The notes beneath the pieces were generated by a model. That model was not told the DNA's origin. It worked only from the letters and a program-made list of their open reading frames with translations, and did no database searches. From the human T2T-CHM13v2.0 reference genome, Homo sapiens: 64,000 nucleotides of DNA. A program made the translations under genes and the position numbers. The stretch lies in assembly GCF_009914755.1 (NCBI RefSeq), contig NC_060930.1; one strand, given 5' to 3'. Below are positions 1 through 12,400 of this stretch, in pieces; within the stretch, counting starts at the first letter, position 1; the number at the start of each line of letters is the position of its first letter.

Positions 1-463
1 TGCTTTACATTCTAGATAATTCATAAAAAACTGGGCCAATTTTCCTTGAGTGTTTGCTGGGAGGTGGCAGACCCACGTCTACCATAGTCTTTCACCTTCA
101 TACACCCAGCTGATCTGAACTGAGCCCTGAGGACCAGGCAGAGAAGTCCAGTACTGATAGTGATGAGCTTCCTTGCCTCCACAAAGGAAGGGAAGCGAGT
201 GCTCACCCCACAGGAACGCTCCCTGGGCCAAACACAAGGAAGACTGTAGAAGAATCAGTCAAGACTGGGGTGCCTATGAGAAGAGGTGGCTGGCAACTGA
301 CTTCTGGATAAATGCTTCATGACAGAGTTCTTGGGAGGACTTGGTAAAAAGTCCTAAGAAGGAAGAGGCAATTTCTTTCTCATTATAGAGACTATTAATG
401 AGGGAACACTTGCTGCTGTAGCCTGTAGCAGTAGAACCAGAAGAGACCAGAATACAGTGAGCC

Positions 464-881
464 CAGTAGTCTGCTGGTAAATGTTCAACAAATGGCAGGG
501 AATGACAGATCATGGTTTGTGGCACTTGTTGATTTCAGAGGTAGAAATGCTCTCACCATGGCCAATTTCAAGCTACTAGTGTGAAGTTAAAGAATGTGGA
601 GTGGGGAGAGATGTGCAGTAGCACACCATTATACGGTATTATCTACCATAAAAATACAGCAGATATAAAGCAATATCAGGAGCACAGGTAATAACAAAAT
701 GCAGCAAAATAATAAGAAAGTGATATTTTAAATATTTAGTACAGTTTCTAAAATAATCTTTTTGATTAATCACTTACATAATATAATTAGTAATGATTGT
801 GTTAACAACAAGATCACAACTTCCTAAAAATTTAACAGTTAGCATTTGAGAGTCTGTACAAGCCGCTCTTGCACACCAGTG
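464..881 (-). mobile_element. MER63-like hAT (Blackjack) DNA transposon, internally deleted
   Basis: Termini CAGTAGTCTGCTGGTAAATG and GCACACCAGTG resemble the MER63 TIR CAGTGGTGTGCTGG. Internal CACCATGGCCAATTTCAAGCTAC and GCAGTAGCACACCATTATA match recalled MER63. Imperfect flanking repeat GTGAGCC/GTGTGCC. Confidence 0.75.
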
Positions 882-1600
882 GTGTGCCTGATAAGTGTAT
901 GGGAGTTTTTCTGCTGTCATGAGGACACAGAAGAGGTTTTCCTGTCTTCACATGAAAGAGTACCTTGTAGAGGTGGCACTGGGACTCTAAGGGCTTCCCA
1001 GGCAGCATCTAAGTGAGAGACCACCACCGTTGGAAAGGCCAGAGTAGTGAACCACTTTGCTCCAGAAGAAGCACAGCTGTTTCTTTCCAAGGAGGTCCTT
1101 GAAGATAGAGGAGGTTGGTATGAAGCAGACTACTACATCAAGCAAACTACCCTGCCAACAATGAGAAAAAAGCCATACCCATCAGTGGAGATTGGCAGCA
1201 AAGCTAAAACATGACAAAAGAAGAAAAGCCAGAGGAAGATGGGGGGTCCTCCCCACATCTGATGTAGGTCCAGTTAACGAAGAAGATGCCTGCCTCCCTT
1301 ATGTCTGTTCCAAACTCAGGAGTGATATTATTTGGAGTATTGTACTAAGCACCCACTGCTAACAAGGAAATTAAAAATAAGCAAAGATAAGTTTTTCTTT
1401 AAAGAAGAACAGCCCACTATTTTAAATATTGATATCAGATACACAGTAATACATGCAGTTCTGTTACTTCTAGGTAAGCATTTTGCCATCATATATTTAC
1501 AGCAAATGCAAAAAACTGTACAGTGCTTTAAATACATAAGTCGTCATCATTAAGAATATATTTACTTTGGATAGGTCTTTATAGTTTACAAAGTATTTTT

Positions 1601-1770
1601 AATTTTATTATTTTTTTAGAGACAGGGTCTTGCTATGTTGTCCAGGCTCGAGTGCAGTGGCTATTCACAGGCATGATCATAGTGCACTACAAACTTAAAC
1701 TCCTAGGCTCAAGCAATCCTCCCACTTCAGTGAATAACTGGGACTACAGGCATGCACCACCATACCTGGC
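1601..1770 (-). mobile_element. FAM (fossil Alu monomer)
   Basis: Single Alu monomer that keeps the 7SL-like segment GGCTATTCACAGGC (reverse complement of GCCTGTGAATAGCC); T-rich tail at the left end. Confidence 0.85.
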
Positions 1771-1830
1771 TCACAGAGTATATTCATGAACATTACTTCA
1801 TTTGATCCCCATAAAACACTTGCTAGGTGT

Positions 1831-2199
1831 TAATATGGTTTGGTTGTGTCCCCACCCAAATCTCATCTTGAATTGTAACTCCCACAATTCCCATGTGTCC
1901 TGGGAGGAACCTCATGGGAGATAATTGAATCATGGAGGCAGGTATTACCCATGCTGTTCTTGTGATAGTGAATAAATCTCACGAGATCTGATGATTTTTA
2001 AAATGGGAATTTCCCTGCACAAGCTCTCTCTTTGCCTGCTGCCATCCATGTAAGATGTGACTTGTTTCTCCTTGCCTTCTGCCATGATTGTGAGATTTCT
2101 CCAGCCAATTGGAACTGTAAGTCCATTAAAGCATTTTCTTTTGTAAATTGCCCAGTCTCAGGTGTGTCTTTATCAGCAGCGTGAAAACAGACTAATACA
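1831..2199 (+). mobile_element. THE1B-like solo LTR (ERVL-MaLR)
   Basis: Runs from TAATATGGTTTGG..CCCACCCAAATCTCATCTTGAATTGT to CAGCAGCGTGAAAACAGACTAATACA; imperfect 5-bp TSD GGTGT/AGTGT. Confidence 0.9.
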
Positions 2200-2519
2200 A
2201 GTGTGTAGAACAGATTTTAATAGTCACATCTTATAGATACTAAAAATGGAGCTGAGAGAAACGAAGTGACAAGCTCACTTAAAAGCCAAACTTTGAATAC
2301 ACTCAAAGATCTACACAATTACCCGATATACCTTGTCCTACTCCGTATATCATCATATCACCACAAAAGCTACATGATTTAGGACTGATTTGATTATTAT
2401 ACATGAGGTGGCAAATATACATACATTCTGCTAAGATAACTAATTTTTGAAACTTTCAATTTAAAGAAAATTTACTATAAATATAAATAACTTTTTAATT
2501 AGTCATTTGCTAACAAACA

Positions 2520-2743
2520 CATAGATAATACTGATCATGTACTAGAAACTCTTCCAACTGCTTTAAATATTAATTCATTTGGTTCTTGTAACAACCCTAT
2601 GAGGTAGGGGCAATATTACTGATGAAGACATAGAAGCAAAGAAAGGTAAGTATCTCTCCCAAGGTCGCACAGCTATTCAGTGGCAGCACCAGATTCTAAC
2701 CCAGATAGTCTGGTGCCACAGTTCTTGCATTTTGCTTACTATG
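2520..2743 (-). mobile_element. MIR SINE
   Basis: Core motifs ACAACCCTATGAGGTAGG and CCCAAGGTCGCACAGCTA. Confidence 0.8.
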
Positions 2744-2908
2744 CAGTGTGATATATAAGTGAACTCATCAAATGGAATTACCTTTCAAAATTTTGCCCTG
2801 AACTAAGAATTGAAATTTGAAAGCATTTGAATCTCTAAGGTGGTACAACATTTAATTAATTACTTCTTAGTGTATTTTAGAGACATTAAAAATTTAAAAA
2901 TTCATACA

Positions 2909-3263
2909 TGTCATGGTCCAATATCTGTTTGACTCCAAAATTCTTATGTTGAAATTTGAATCCCCAAAGCGATGGTATTAGGAAGTGAGGTTTCTGGGAG
3001 GTGATCAGGTCATGCGGACTCCACCTTGGTGAATGGGATTAGTGCCCTTATTCATGAGAGATCCTTGCCTCTTCTGCACTGTGAGAACACAGTGAGTAGG
3101 CACTGTCTATGAACGAGAAAATAGACCCTCATTAGACACCAAGTCTGTTGGTGCCTTGATTTTGGACTCCCCATCCTCCAGGACAGTGAGAAATCAATTT
3201 CTGTTGTTTATAAGACATCCAGTTTATGGCATTTTGCTATAGCAGACTGAAGTGACTAAGCCA
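2909..3263 (+). mobile_element. MLT1A-like solo LTR (ERVL-MaLR)
   Basis: TG...CA ends with typical motifs GAATGGGATTAGTGCCCTTAT, GCCTTGATTTTGGACT and GTGAGAAATCAATTTCTGTTGTTTATAAG. Confidence 0.85.
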
Positions 3264-6173
3264 GCACACACATTTTCTTGCAGGAAGGACGGCAGTAGGT
3301 TGTGGATACAGAACAAGAATCAAACAAGGCTAAAGCTACTAGAAGAGCAAAAGGTCCTGAGGCTGGGAAAGGACACAGAAGTAAGTGCTATTGCTTGAAC
3401 TTTTGACAATATCACTAAACGCTGCACAGTGGCACATAGCAAATGTCTACCAAATACCTGTTTCCCTTCACTTTCCAGTGGTCTGGCAGTGACTGGGGAC
3501 CCAGACAGATGGGTTAATGAGGCTCAGTATACCAACGTGGAAAAAGTCTGAAAAGCACTGGATTAGGCAGTTTTAAAAGAATAAGTTTACGTGCAATTTG
3601 CTAAGAAACACTGAATTTAGAGGTCAAGCCTGATTTGAATCTTGATTATGCTACTTACTCTCTCCAGACCACAATTCCTTCTTCTATGAATTTTCATCCT
3701 TGGACCACAAAATCTAAGGTCTTTCCTAGAATAGAATCACGAGACTATAACACCAACATGGAAGGCAACATGTCCAAAAGTGCAGGATACTGAATACACA
3801 TCTAAGCACACACAATGCCAAAGGGAAGAATCCAAGCAAAGCTCACAGGGAGTCAGAAATAAAACAAACTTGTGCTGAACCAGCTTTCAACTCGGAAGTT
3901 TTTGTGTGCTTCCTGAAAACAATGTTTTCAAGCTAGCCTAACCAGCGGGGCTTGTGCATGGAAGTGAAGACCAAAACTGAAGTGGGATGTGAAGGAGGAA
4001 TATAGCAAAGAGTAATTTCTGAAAAACAAAAATTCTAAACAATCTGAGTGAAAATTATATCTCACTTTATTCTAGAAATCATCAACTGTAAGGAAACTTA
4101 TTTATTATGATATTGAACATTGTTATTAATCTCATAAAAATCTTATGAAATCACATAGCTAATTCAATGCTAATTCGATATTTAAGTTTTTCACAAATAA
4201 GCAGAAACAAAAAGGCTCATATATTAATGCTGATTTGTTATTTTTCTGGGTGTGCATCAGTGATGAGTCAGTATGAAGTAAATGGAAAAAAGAATAAAGT
4301 CTGTGATTTATCTACCTGCCATAAATGCATCTTTAAACAGGCAAAAATGTAACTCATTTTTTCAACCAATTTACCAAGAAGAGAAATCACTAGATGAGTC
4401 CACAAAATATGAATTATTTTATGTCCTCTCTTATTTCTTCTGTCTTATTTATTATTTCACCAAAACCTATTGACTGCTGTATCATTTAAAACCCATGTAT
4501 TCCATGGGGGGAAATATCTCTCTTTTATTTTTGTACCTGATAGCCATAATAAAAATAGAGAATAAAAACACTTTATAAGCTGTACAAGGAAAGAGATGGC
4601 AAGTGATTCCACTGGGATTTTATTTTAACTGGATTTGATCCTAAAGCCAATGCTCTTTAAAACTGTGTAACTTCCTCTCCAATAGTTGGCTATTACCAAT
4701 AATTCCCAAAAAACTTCCTCAAAAAAGTTTATATTGAGTAATTGACTAAACAAGCCACAAGACACCACAGTTCACAATAACAACATATACAATCCCTTGT
4801 CTCCAGTCCTGGAACTGTGGCTATGTAACAGTACTTGAAATATTGAGTACAATGTTAACTATTAGCTTAAATATTCTACAAACAGTAAAAACCTACAAAC
4901 ACATGAATGTACATCAAAATTGTAAGTAACAGCAGAATATGAGTTTAAATTGGAGACTTCTGGAAAAAGGAGATCTGATAAGTTTTATTGGGAAAGGCGT
5001 GAGCAAAAGACTTCAAGATATATCTCTTTTCACTATTACATCAACTACTGGGGCTAAGAGACCATTCTTATTTTCTAGTGATTATAAGAAAATGTACAGT
5101 TCAGCTAAAATATATACGGAACCATCATAAAACTACCAGCATCATATTTTAGCACACAAGAAAAATTATATTATTCTTCTCCCAGACTAACAGAATAGGG
5201 AGGAATGGGATAGTGGCGGTGGGGAAGGCTGAAATGGAAGCATTCAGTTATTATGAAATAATCATTATGTCAAATGAATAGATACATTTACCTGAACCTT
5301 TCCCATTCTCATGCCCTAGAGGTGTGTGATTATCTTATAATCTTTGCTGCTTCCCAGAGAAACACATTTTGCTTCATGATACAATTTTTTAAAAGTGAAA
5401 AACGTATTACCAGAGGTGCTTGTTAAATTGATGGTGATGACTTAAATTAACTCACATTTGTCACTAAACTCCAAGGGTCATCAATTATTGAGCACAAAAA
5501 GACATATTTTCTACGTGAGAGGAAACATAAAATGCAGAAAAAGTGAGAGAACCATTAATTAAACTTTATATGAAAGAAGACAGAGCTATTAGAAATGCTT
5601 ATGATTTCGCCTTTCTTGGGAATGGGGTCCTTATTCAGAAAGACAAAGCATCAAAGACAGGCGAAAAATGTAAAATGGTTTACTTATATTTGCCCAACTG
5701 CCTTGCCAACAAAAAGTCATTATTCTGTAATAATCATTGTGCCCCAGTGAACAGTAAAATTATTTTTAACAATTCATTTGTTTTACAATCTCTAAAACAG
5801 AATGGCTCTAATAAAATTACTGTACAGTCACCTGATCACCTACCTTTAAATCAGTCCTTTATCTGGAGTACTACGTCCCCTTTAAATATAGCCATCTAAA
5901 GTAAAATACTTTCAATATATTGAATCCATTCTTACCATTTTATTCTTTGCTAGCTATATATTCTCTTAAGATAAACTGAGATAACTAAAATGTTTCTTGA
6001 TGAGTTTACCAACACATAGGTAAATAAACACAGAGGATTTAAATATTCTATTGAGAGATACTTTTCAAGCTTTTTTCTTACCTTGGTAGGAAATCAGAAA
6101 CTGTATGGTTAACATTCCTGAAGGGAATAATTATTAGTCTTATCATTGGCTTTCCACCAATAAATTGTAAATA

Positions 6174-6207
6174 TGAACTCTTAATGAAGATGTTCATTAA
6201 GAGTTCA
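6174..6207. repeat. Inverted repeat with perfect 15-bp arms and a 4-nt spacer
   Basis: TGAACTCTTAATGAA-GATG-TTCATTAAGAGTTCA. Confidence 0.95.
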
Positions 6208-6289
6208 AAAAACAACACATAGCATAAATCAAGAATACCTAAGTACTTAAATTATGATAAGGGTTTAAGGGGCAATTCTTAACTTTAAC

Positions 6290-6620
6290 ACCAAATTTTA
6301 TGCCCAATACTGTGCAAGGCAGTGTATAGAAGGCAGGATAGGGTAGAATACATGGATCCTGTCATCAAGAGAAGATAAATTCTCTTAGAAAGCATCTGTA
6401 ATATGTCAGGCACTGCTGCAGGGCAATGGGTAACAAAGCTAAAATAAAGACAATCCCAGCAGCCAAAAAGCCAGAGACTAGATAAAATAAAGGTAGTAAC
6501 AAGAGGACATCATATGGTCTATGACAGAGATAGCTACATAAATCTGCTGAAACACAGAGGAGAGACTGTCAGGTGAAGCTGGAGAGGCCCAAAAGAGGGT
6601 GGCATCTTAACTAACAGGAT
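6290..6620 (-). mobile_element. L2 LINE 3' fragment(s), degenerate
   Basis: ATATGTCAGGCACTG and purine-rich L2-like sequence; boundaries approximate. Confidence 0.45.
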
Positions 6621-9177
6621 GGTTAAAAAAATAAATTTAAAAAAAAAAAAGGTATAATTAGAGAGGCAAAAGATTTTGATTCTCCAAAGTCAGTTAAAGT
6701 GTATAAAGAAAATGCATTTAATGTCACCTTGCAGGGTGCCCTACATTTGGATGTCGATGACAGGGGAGGGCACTTAATTGGGAGAATGGCATATAGAAAT
6801 CCATATGCTGGTGGAAATAGAGAAGGTTACTGGATATGAAACACATTACAGAGACAATGTAATTCATCAGCTGATTTTAATATGAAAAAAAGGAGGAGAG
6901 AGAGATTGTGATGAAAGTTGAGTCAATTCCAATTACAAAGTTTCCAGCTAATTCCAACAACAACATTTCCTAAAATCACTGATTAGTCTGTAAAAGGTAT
7001 TATAGTCTCCCAAAGCAACTCCTCTTATATAACGTGCTGCAGTTTTTCTATGGAGAAAAACAAAATCAATTTAGCATTTTCTGTGACTGCAAGAAAGTCT
7101 TTAAACCAAGTAAATTCACTTTCCTTTCTGCTGATTGTACCTGCTAGTCGATTATCCTTATCCCATAATAGGCAGTTCTGGCTTTTGGGCTAAGATCGTT
7201 TCCTGGAAACCACTTCATAAAACAAGATAGCTGTAAAGGGGATTATACTTTCTCATAGTTATATTATAATTTTGGTAGAGTTTTTGACATCAATAAATTA
7301 CAACAATATCAACCATGTGTTATTAAAATAAAAGAAAAATGTAAATATGCAATCAGCATAAATATAATCATTTTGAGCAGTAAGATTATATTCTAAGTCC
7401 TCTCCTAGGATTTTCCTACTGAGGAAACCTTAGAAAGTATCTAAAATGGATCAACATATTTTCTGGGATGAGAAAAGTGACACATATAGCTTAAATAGAA
7501 TTCCAAATGCTTCATTAAATTAGTGACAAATAAAAATTTAACTGAGTTCTACTGGCTCAAAGGTCAAGGTATTTTACAATCTATTATACTTCAACCCCTA
7601 ACATTAGGAAGACACATACAGTGACCATAACTAATTAGTACACATTGAATATAAAAGGAGAGTCAATGTATTACAAAGTAAGCATATTCCATTAAAACTG
7701 CAATTCCACCATATTCAATTCCAAGCATTTTCCATATACAATACAGATACTAGCAATGTCAGAAACATCAATTATATATGCGTCTTTAGAGAATGTACAA
7801 TACGCAGCATCCAGTAGTCTTAACTTTTAGAATGTATTTTTGCAAATTTTTCAGATAGTACACATTTCTTCAAAATGCTATTCAGAAAATTTTAATTTAT
7901 TTCTCAGCCAAAACCATCTCAGGAATCATTCTGTTTAAATAGACCAAGCATACTATTTGGTTAAGGAGACATCAGTGTACCAATCAGGCATTAAGAGACC
8001 AATGCTTTGTTTTTAGCTGCACATATGCTGTATAAAAGGAGAGGGCAGAACTGGATAGCTAAGGTCTTAAAAAAAAAATCTTAAAAAGCTATGATTCCGA
8101 CTACTTCGACTGTCCACTTTGGGCAAGTAAGATTTGTTTTATTTAGGTCCTTAACATCAAGAGTAGCCTTGAAGGTATTAAAAAAAAAGGATAGACAAAA
8201 GGCTATATGTGTTCTGTCATCTACCTAGGGAGGGGGATAGAGGCTGCAACCGTTTGCCTTCATAATAGTGGGAGAAATACAAACCTCAAAAAAGTCTTCT
8301 GTAGTCAATCCAAGGTAACTGAGATGGCTGGCAGAGGACCAGGTGCTAAAGAAGCCACAGCAGTTGCCAAGTCAAAAGCAAAGGAAACATGGTAGCTGAC
8401 TACTCCAGAGTCAGAGCAGTGATTACTAGTTAAGTGCTTTAAACTCTGACAGGGATGGAGAGGGGACCGGCCTGGTGTCCACTGTAGACATGGTCCTCCT
8501 TGGTTCTTAAATCAAGATGAAAGCACTGCAGGGAGGTTGAAAGCAGATGATTTTATTCACCCCTATCCTGTTATCAGCTTTATAAGAGCTGTAGCTGGAA
8601 AATGGCTGATAAAACCAATGTACTAATCTCCCCTGCTATTCTTTGATCTGGTTTTCTGGCAGAAGCAGCTATTAAGTACTCAAAAAAAAGAAAGGTCTGA
8701 TCAGGTGCAAATCCCTACTGGCAGCCTGGCCTAAGCTCAGAAGACCCCCTTCTCAATCAAAGTTTAAAGCATTCACAAAACCCTAGCAGCACACTGGTGT
8801 TCTCAACTTTGAAGGAGTCATTAGTCAGACTTGGCAAATTGTGATTATAGTATCTTTGGTTCTCCTCCAAGACTATAGATGCATAATCTCTGGCCAACGC
8901 TTCTGCTTGTGCCTTTAGCACATTTGACTGGTTTATTTACTTTACTTTGAAGAGTTGGAACAAGAGTTTTACTTAAAATTAACATTGAACTGAAAGGTTT
9001 ATTGTGTAGTGTATCAAGAAAATTAAAAGAATTATCATATTAATAGTACTCGTTAATATAGTAATTCAGTTTCCTAAAGCAAAGATCTTAGTGTTAACTA
9101 TAATGACGTTCTGCATGACTGATTGTAACAGATTTATCCACATATGCATTAGTCATTAAAATATAGGTTAAAACCAA

Positions 9178-10493
9178 TACAACCATCTGATCTTTGACAA
9201 ACCTAACAAAAACAAGACATGGGGAAAGGATTCCCTATTTAATAAATGGTGCTGGAAAAACTGGCTAGCCATATGGAGAAAGCTGAAACTGGATTCCTTC
9301 CTTACACCTTATATAAAAATTAATTCAAGATGGATTAAAGACTTAAATGTTAGACCTAAAACCATAAAAACCCTAGAAGAAAACCTAGGCAATACCATTC
9401 AGGACACAGGCATGGGCAAGGACCTCATGACTAAAACACCAAAAGCAATGGCAACAAAAGCCAAAACTGACAAATGGGATCTAATTAAACTAAAGAGCTT
9501 CTGCACAGCAAAAGAAACTACCATCAGAGTGAACAGGCAACTTACAGAATGGGAAAAAATTTTTACAATCTACTCATCTGACAAAGGGCTAATATCCAGA
9601 ATCTACAAAGAACTTAAACAAATTTACAAGAAAAAATCAAACAATCTCATCAAAAAGTGGGCAAAGGATATGAACAGATGCTTCTCAAAAGAAGACATTT
9701 ATGCAGCCAACAGACACGTGAAAAAATGCTCAGCATCACTGGCCCTCAGAGAAATGCAAATCAAAACCTCAATGAGATGCCATCTCACACCAGTTAGAAT
9801 GGCGATCATTAAAAAGTCAGGAAACAACAGGTGCTGGAGAGGATGTAGAGAAATAGGAATGCTTTTACACTGTTGGTGGGACTGTAAACTAGTTCAACCA
9901 TTGTGGAAGACAGTGTGGTGATTCCTCAAGGATCTAGAACTAGAAATACCATTTGACCCAGCCATCCCATTACTGAGCATATACCCGAAGGATTATTAAT
10001 CATGCTGCTATAAAGACACACGGACACGTATGTTTATTGTGGCACTATTCACAATAGCAAAGACTTGGAACCAACCCAAATGTCCATCAATGATAGACTG
10101 GATTAAGAAAATGTGGCACATATACACCATTGAATACTATGCAGCTATAAAAAAGGATGAGTTCATGTCCTTTGTAGGGACATGGATGAAGCTAGAAACC
10201 ATCATTCTGACTATCGCAAGGATAGAAAACCAAACACTGCATGTTCTCACTCATAGGTAGGAATTGAACAATGAGAACACTTGGACACAGGGTGGGGAAC
10301 AGCACACACTGGGGCCTGTCCTGTCGCGGGGTCGGGGGAGTGGGGAGGGATAGCATTAGGAGAAATACCTAATGTAAATGATGAGTTAATGGGTGCAGCA
10401 CACCAATATGGCACATGTATACATATGTAACAAACCTGCACTTTGTGCACATGTACCCTAGAACTTAAAGTATAATAAAAAAAGAAAAAAAAA
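9178..10493 (+). mobile_element. 5'-truncated L1PA4/PA5-like LINE-1 (3' part of ORF2, 3'UTR, poly-A), about 1.3 kb
   Basis: ORFs 9412-9921 and 10030-10260 are ORF2 C-terminus ([21 protein letters not shown]). The 3'UTR has a G-tract and ends GTACCCTAGAACTTAAAGTATAATAAAA. Confidence 0.95.
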
Positions 10494-12169
10494 GATGGAC
10501 TTTATTTTGTATAACTATCAACTGTTTACAGAAAGCAGTGACACTTAATCTTTGCAAAGTCCTATACCCATTCTATGAAAAGCATCTATCCTCCTTCCTA
10601 TGTAAAATTGAGTTTACAAGCCTTTGAAGCTCAAAACTAAACAACCTACTGAGATCCACTGTCCCCACATTATGAACCCGAATCTCCAAAACTCCATCAG
10701 ACATACAGTCTAAGATGCAACATCTTCTGCTACAATCACCTCAAGATTGAACTCCAGACGAAAACGTGTAAGTGTCCTGGGCCAAGAGTCCTTTCATTTG
10801 AGATTCAGGAATGAAATGTCTAGGGTTATCTCCATTGAGTACACTCATGGACTTCCTAATAAGAAACATTCCAGTAAAGGATACATGGAAAATTAGTCAG
10901 TGCATAAGTCGCAATTTATCACTGTAATGTCTCAAAAGCACCTGAATAGTATGAATTTTACATGCTTTCTCCTCACTATCAAAATCAAACAGTTAGTTGT
11001 TCAGCAAGCAAAATGAAAACTCTTATAAAGTTATACTCCCCCTTTTCACCAAATACATACATACAGAGATAAGCGATGTGCCTTTTTATTATTAATGAAC
11101 ATATTTCATTGAATTTATTAATATGGTAAGAGTGAAAACAACAGAATCTACTAGACTAACAGCCCTAAAGGATCAAGACTCTGTTATGCAAGGTACAGAT
11201 TTTTCCTCTTCAAAATATTTAAATTATACCTTTACAATATGATTAAAATGAATATTTGCCAATAGAATAGCAAGTCTAAATAATGACCCACCACTTCAAA
11301 GAAACAATAGGTTTTAAAATTATAACACTAAATTATTGTTGCTTTGTTGTTACTGCCTTAAATTTCCTGAAAGAACTGCATTCCTACAACACAGAATACA
11401 GGGTTTACTTGCTCTGCCTAGAATTTTTCCCTGACAAACTAAATTCCATCTTCCAGCACTTAAAAACCCTCACATTCTCTAAAATTCAGAAAACTACAAA
11501 TATAAACCAGTGTTTTGCTAAGTCTATTATGGGCCTATGAAGACAACTTAGTAATTATTAAAAACATACTGTGAAAATACTATTGAGGGCATTTTAAAAT
11601 TTACTATGCGTCTCATAATAAACTACTTTCCGGGATCTACAATTTCATGAATTAAATTTAAAATTATATCACAGCTCCTTGAGCAAATGATCTACAGAAG
11701 CAATCATCAGCATTCACACCCAGATTTAAAAACTCAGGTTGTTCCATTGATCACTATATAAATAAACTTAAAAGTATTTTTACTCTGTATCCAAACAAAT
11801 GGTTTAGAAATGCCTCCAAAAAGTGACAAGTATGTTGTCTCAATATTTAATTTGTAGACCAGATTACAGGAGAGTACAAACTGAAATGGTGAAAGTCTGG
11901 CTAAAATTAATGTCTGTTTGAACCATTTTAGATTATCAAGAAAAAATTCAGAAGACAAATTTCTGGCCTCAGCTAACCAAAAAAACAATATAAATTAAAA
12001 TGGCCTTTTTGGTGCTGGTGAGGTCTGATAACTAAAATCATTCAATAGAATCCTGTTTGAAAACACCTTATAATAATATAATTCAATTATAGGATAAGCA
12101 AGTTATGCTCCTGTTTCCAAAGAGAAGAAAAAAATAAATCTGTGCGATTGCAATATACCAAATGTTAGA

Positions 12170-12400
12170 ATGAACACTTACCATGCATATTTCCTTATAC
12201 TTCACTAGCACTGTACAACACACACTTTCATTTTAATCATAACATAACACTTATGATATAGGTATCATCCCTATTTTACAGATAAAGACACAAAGCTACA
12301 GTTACTGACTCACTTGACCAAGCTTACAGGAAATGAGAGAGAATGAGGATTTGAACTCAAAGGATTCTGACTCAAGCTCTTATGTTATAAACAATGCTGC
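12170..12400 (-). mobile_element. MIR SINE
   Basis: ATCATCCCTATTTTACAGATAAAGACAC and GGATTTGAACTCAAAGGATTCTGACTC. Confidence 0.7.

Larger units (their letters stand above)
1578..2275 (-). mobile_element. MIR SINE split into pieces by the FAM and THE1 insertions
   Basis: MIR-like fragments at about 1578-1600, 1775-1830 (ttcatttgatccccataaaacac) and 2200-2275 (cttatagatactaaaaatggagctgagagaaacgaagtgac). Confidence 0.55.

Noticed and set aside
871-887. Small hairpin GCACACC-AGT-GGTGTGC
   Set aside because: Explained by the MER63 terminal repeat abutting its target site; only 7-bp arms.
4264-4270. Isolated AP-1 sites TGAGTCA/TGACTCA (also 12966 and 19467)
   Set aside because: Several copies of this 7-mer are expected by chance in 64 kb; no supporting cluster.
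5543-5899. 118-aa plus-strand ORF
   Set aside because: GTG start, no recognisable homology, no splice or promoter support; expected by chance.
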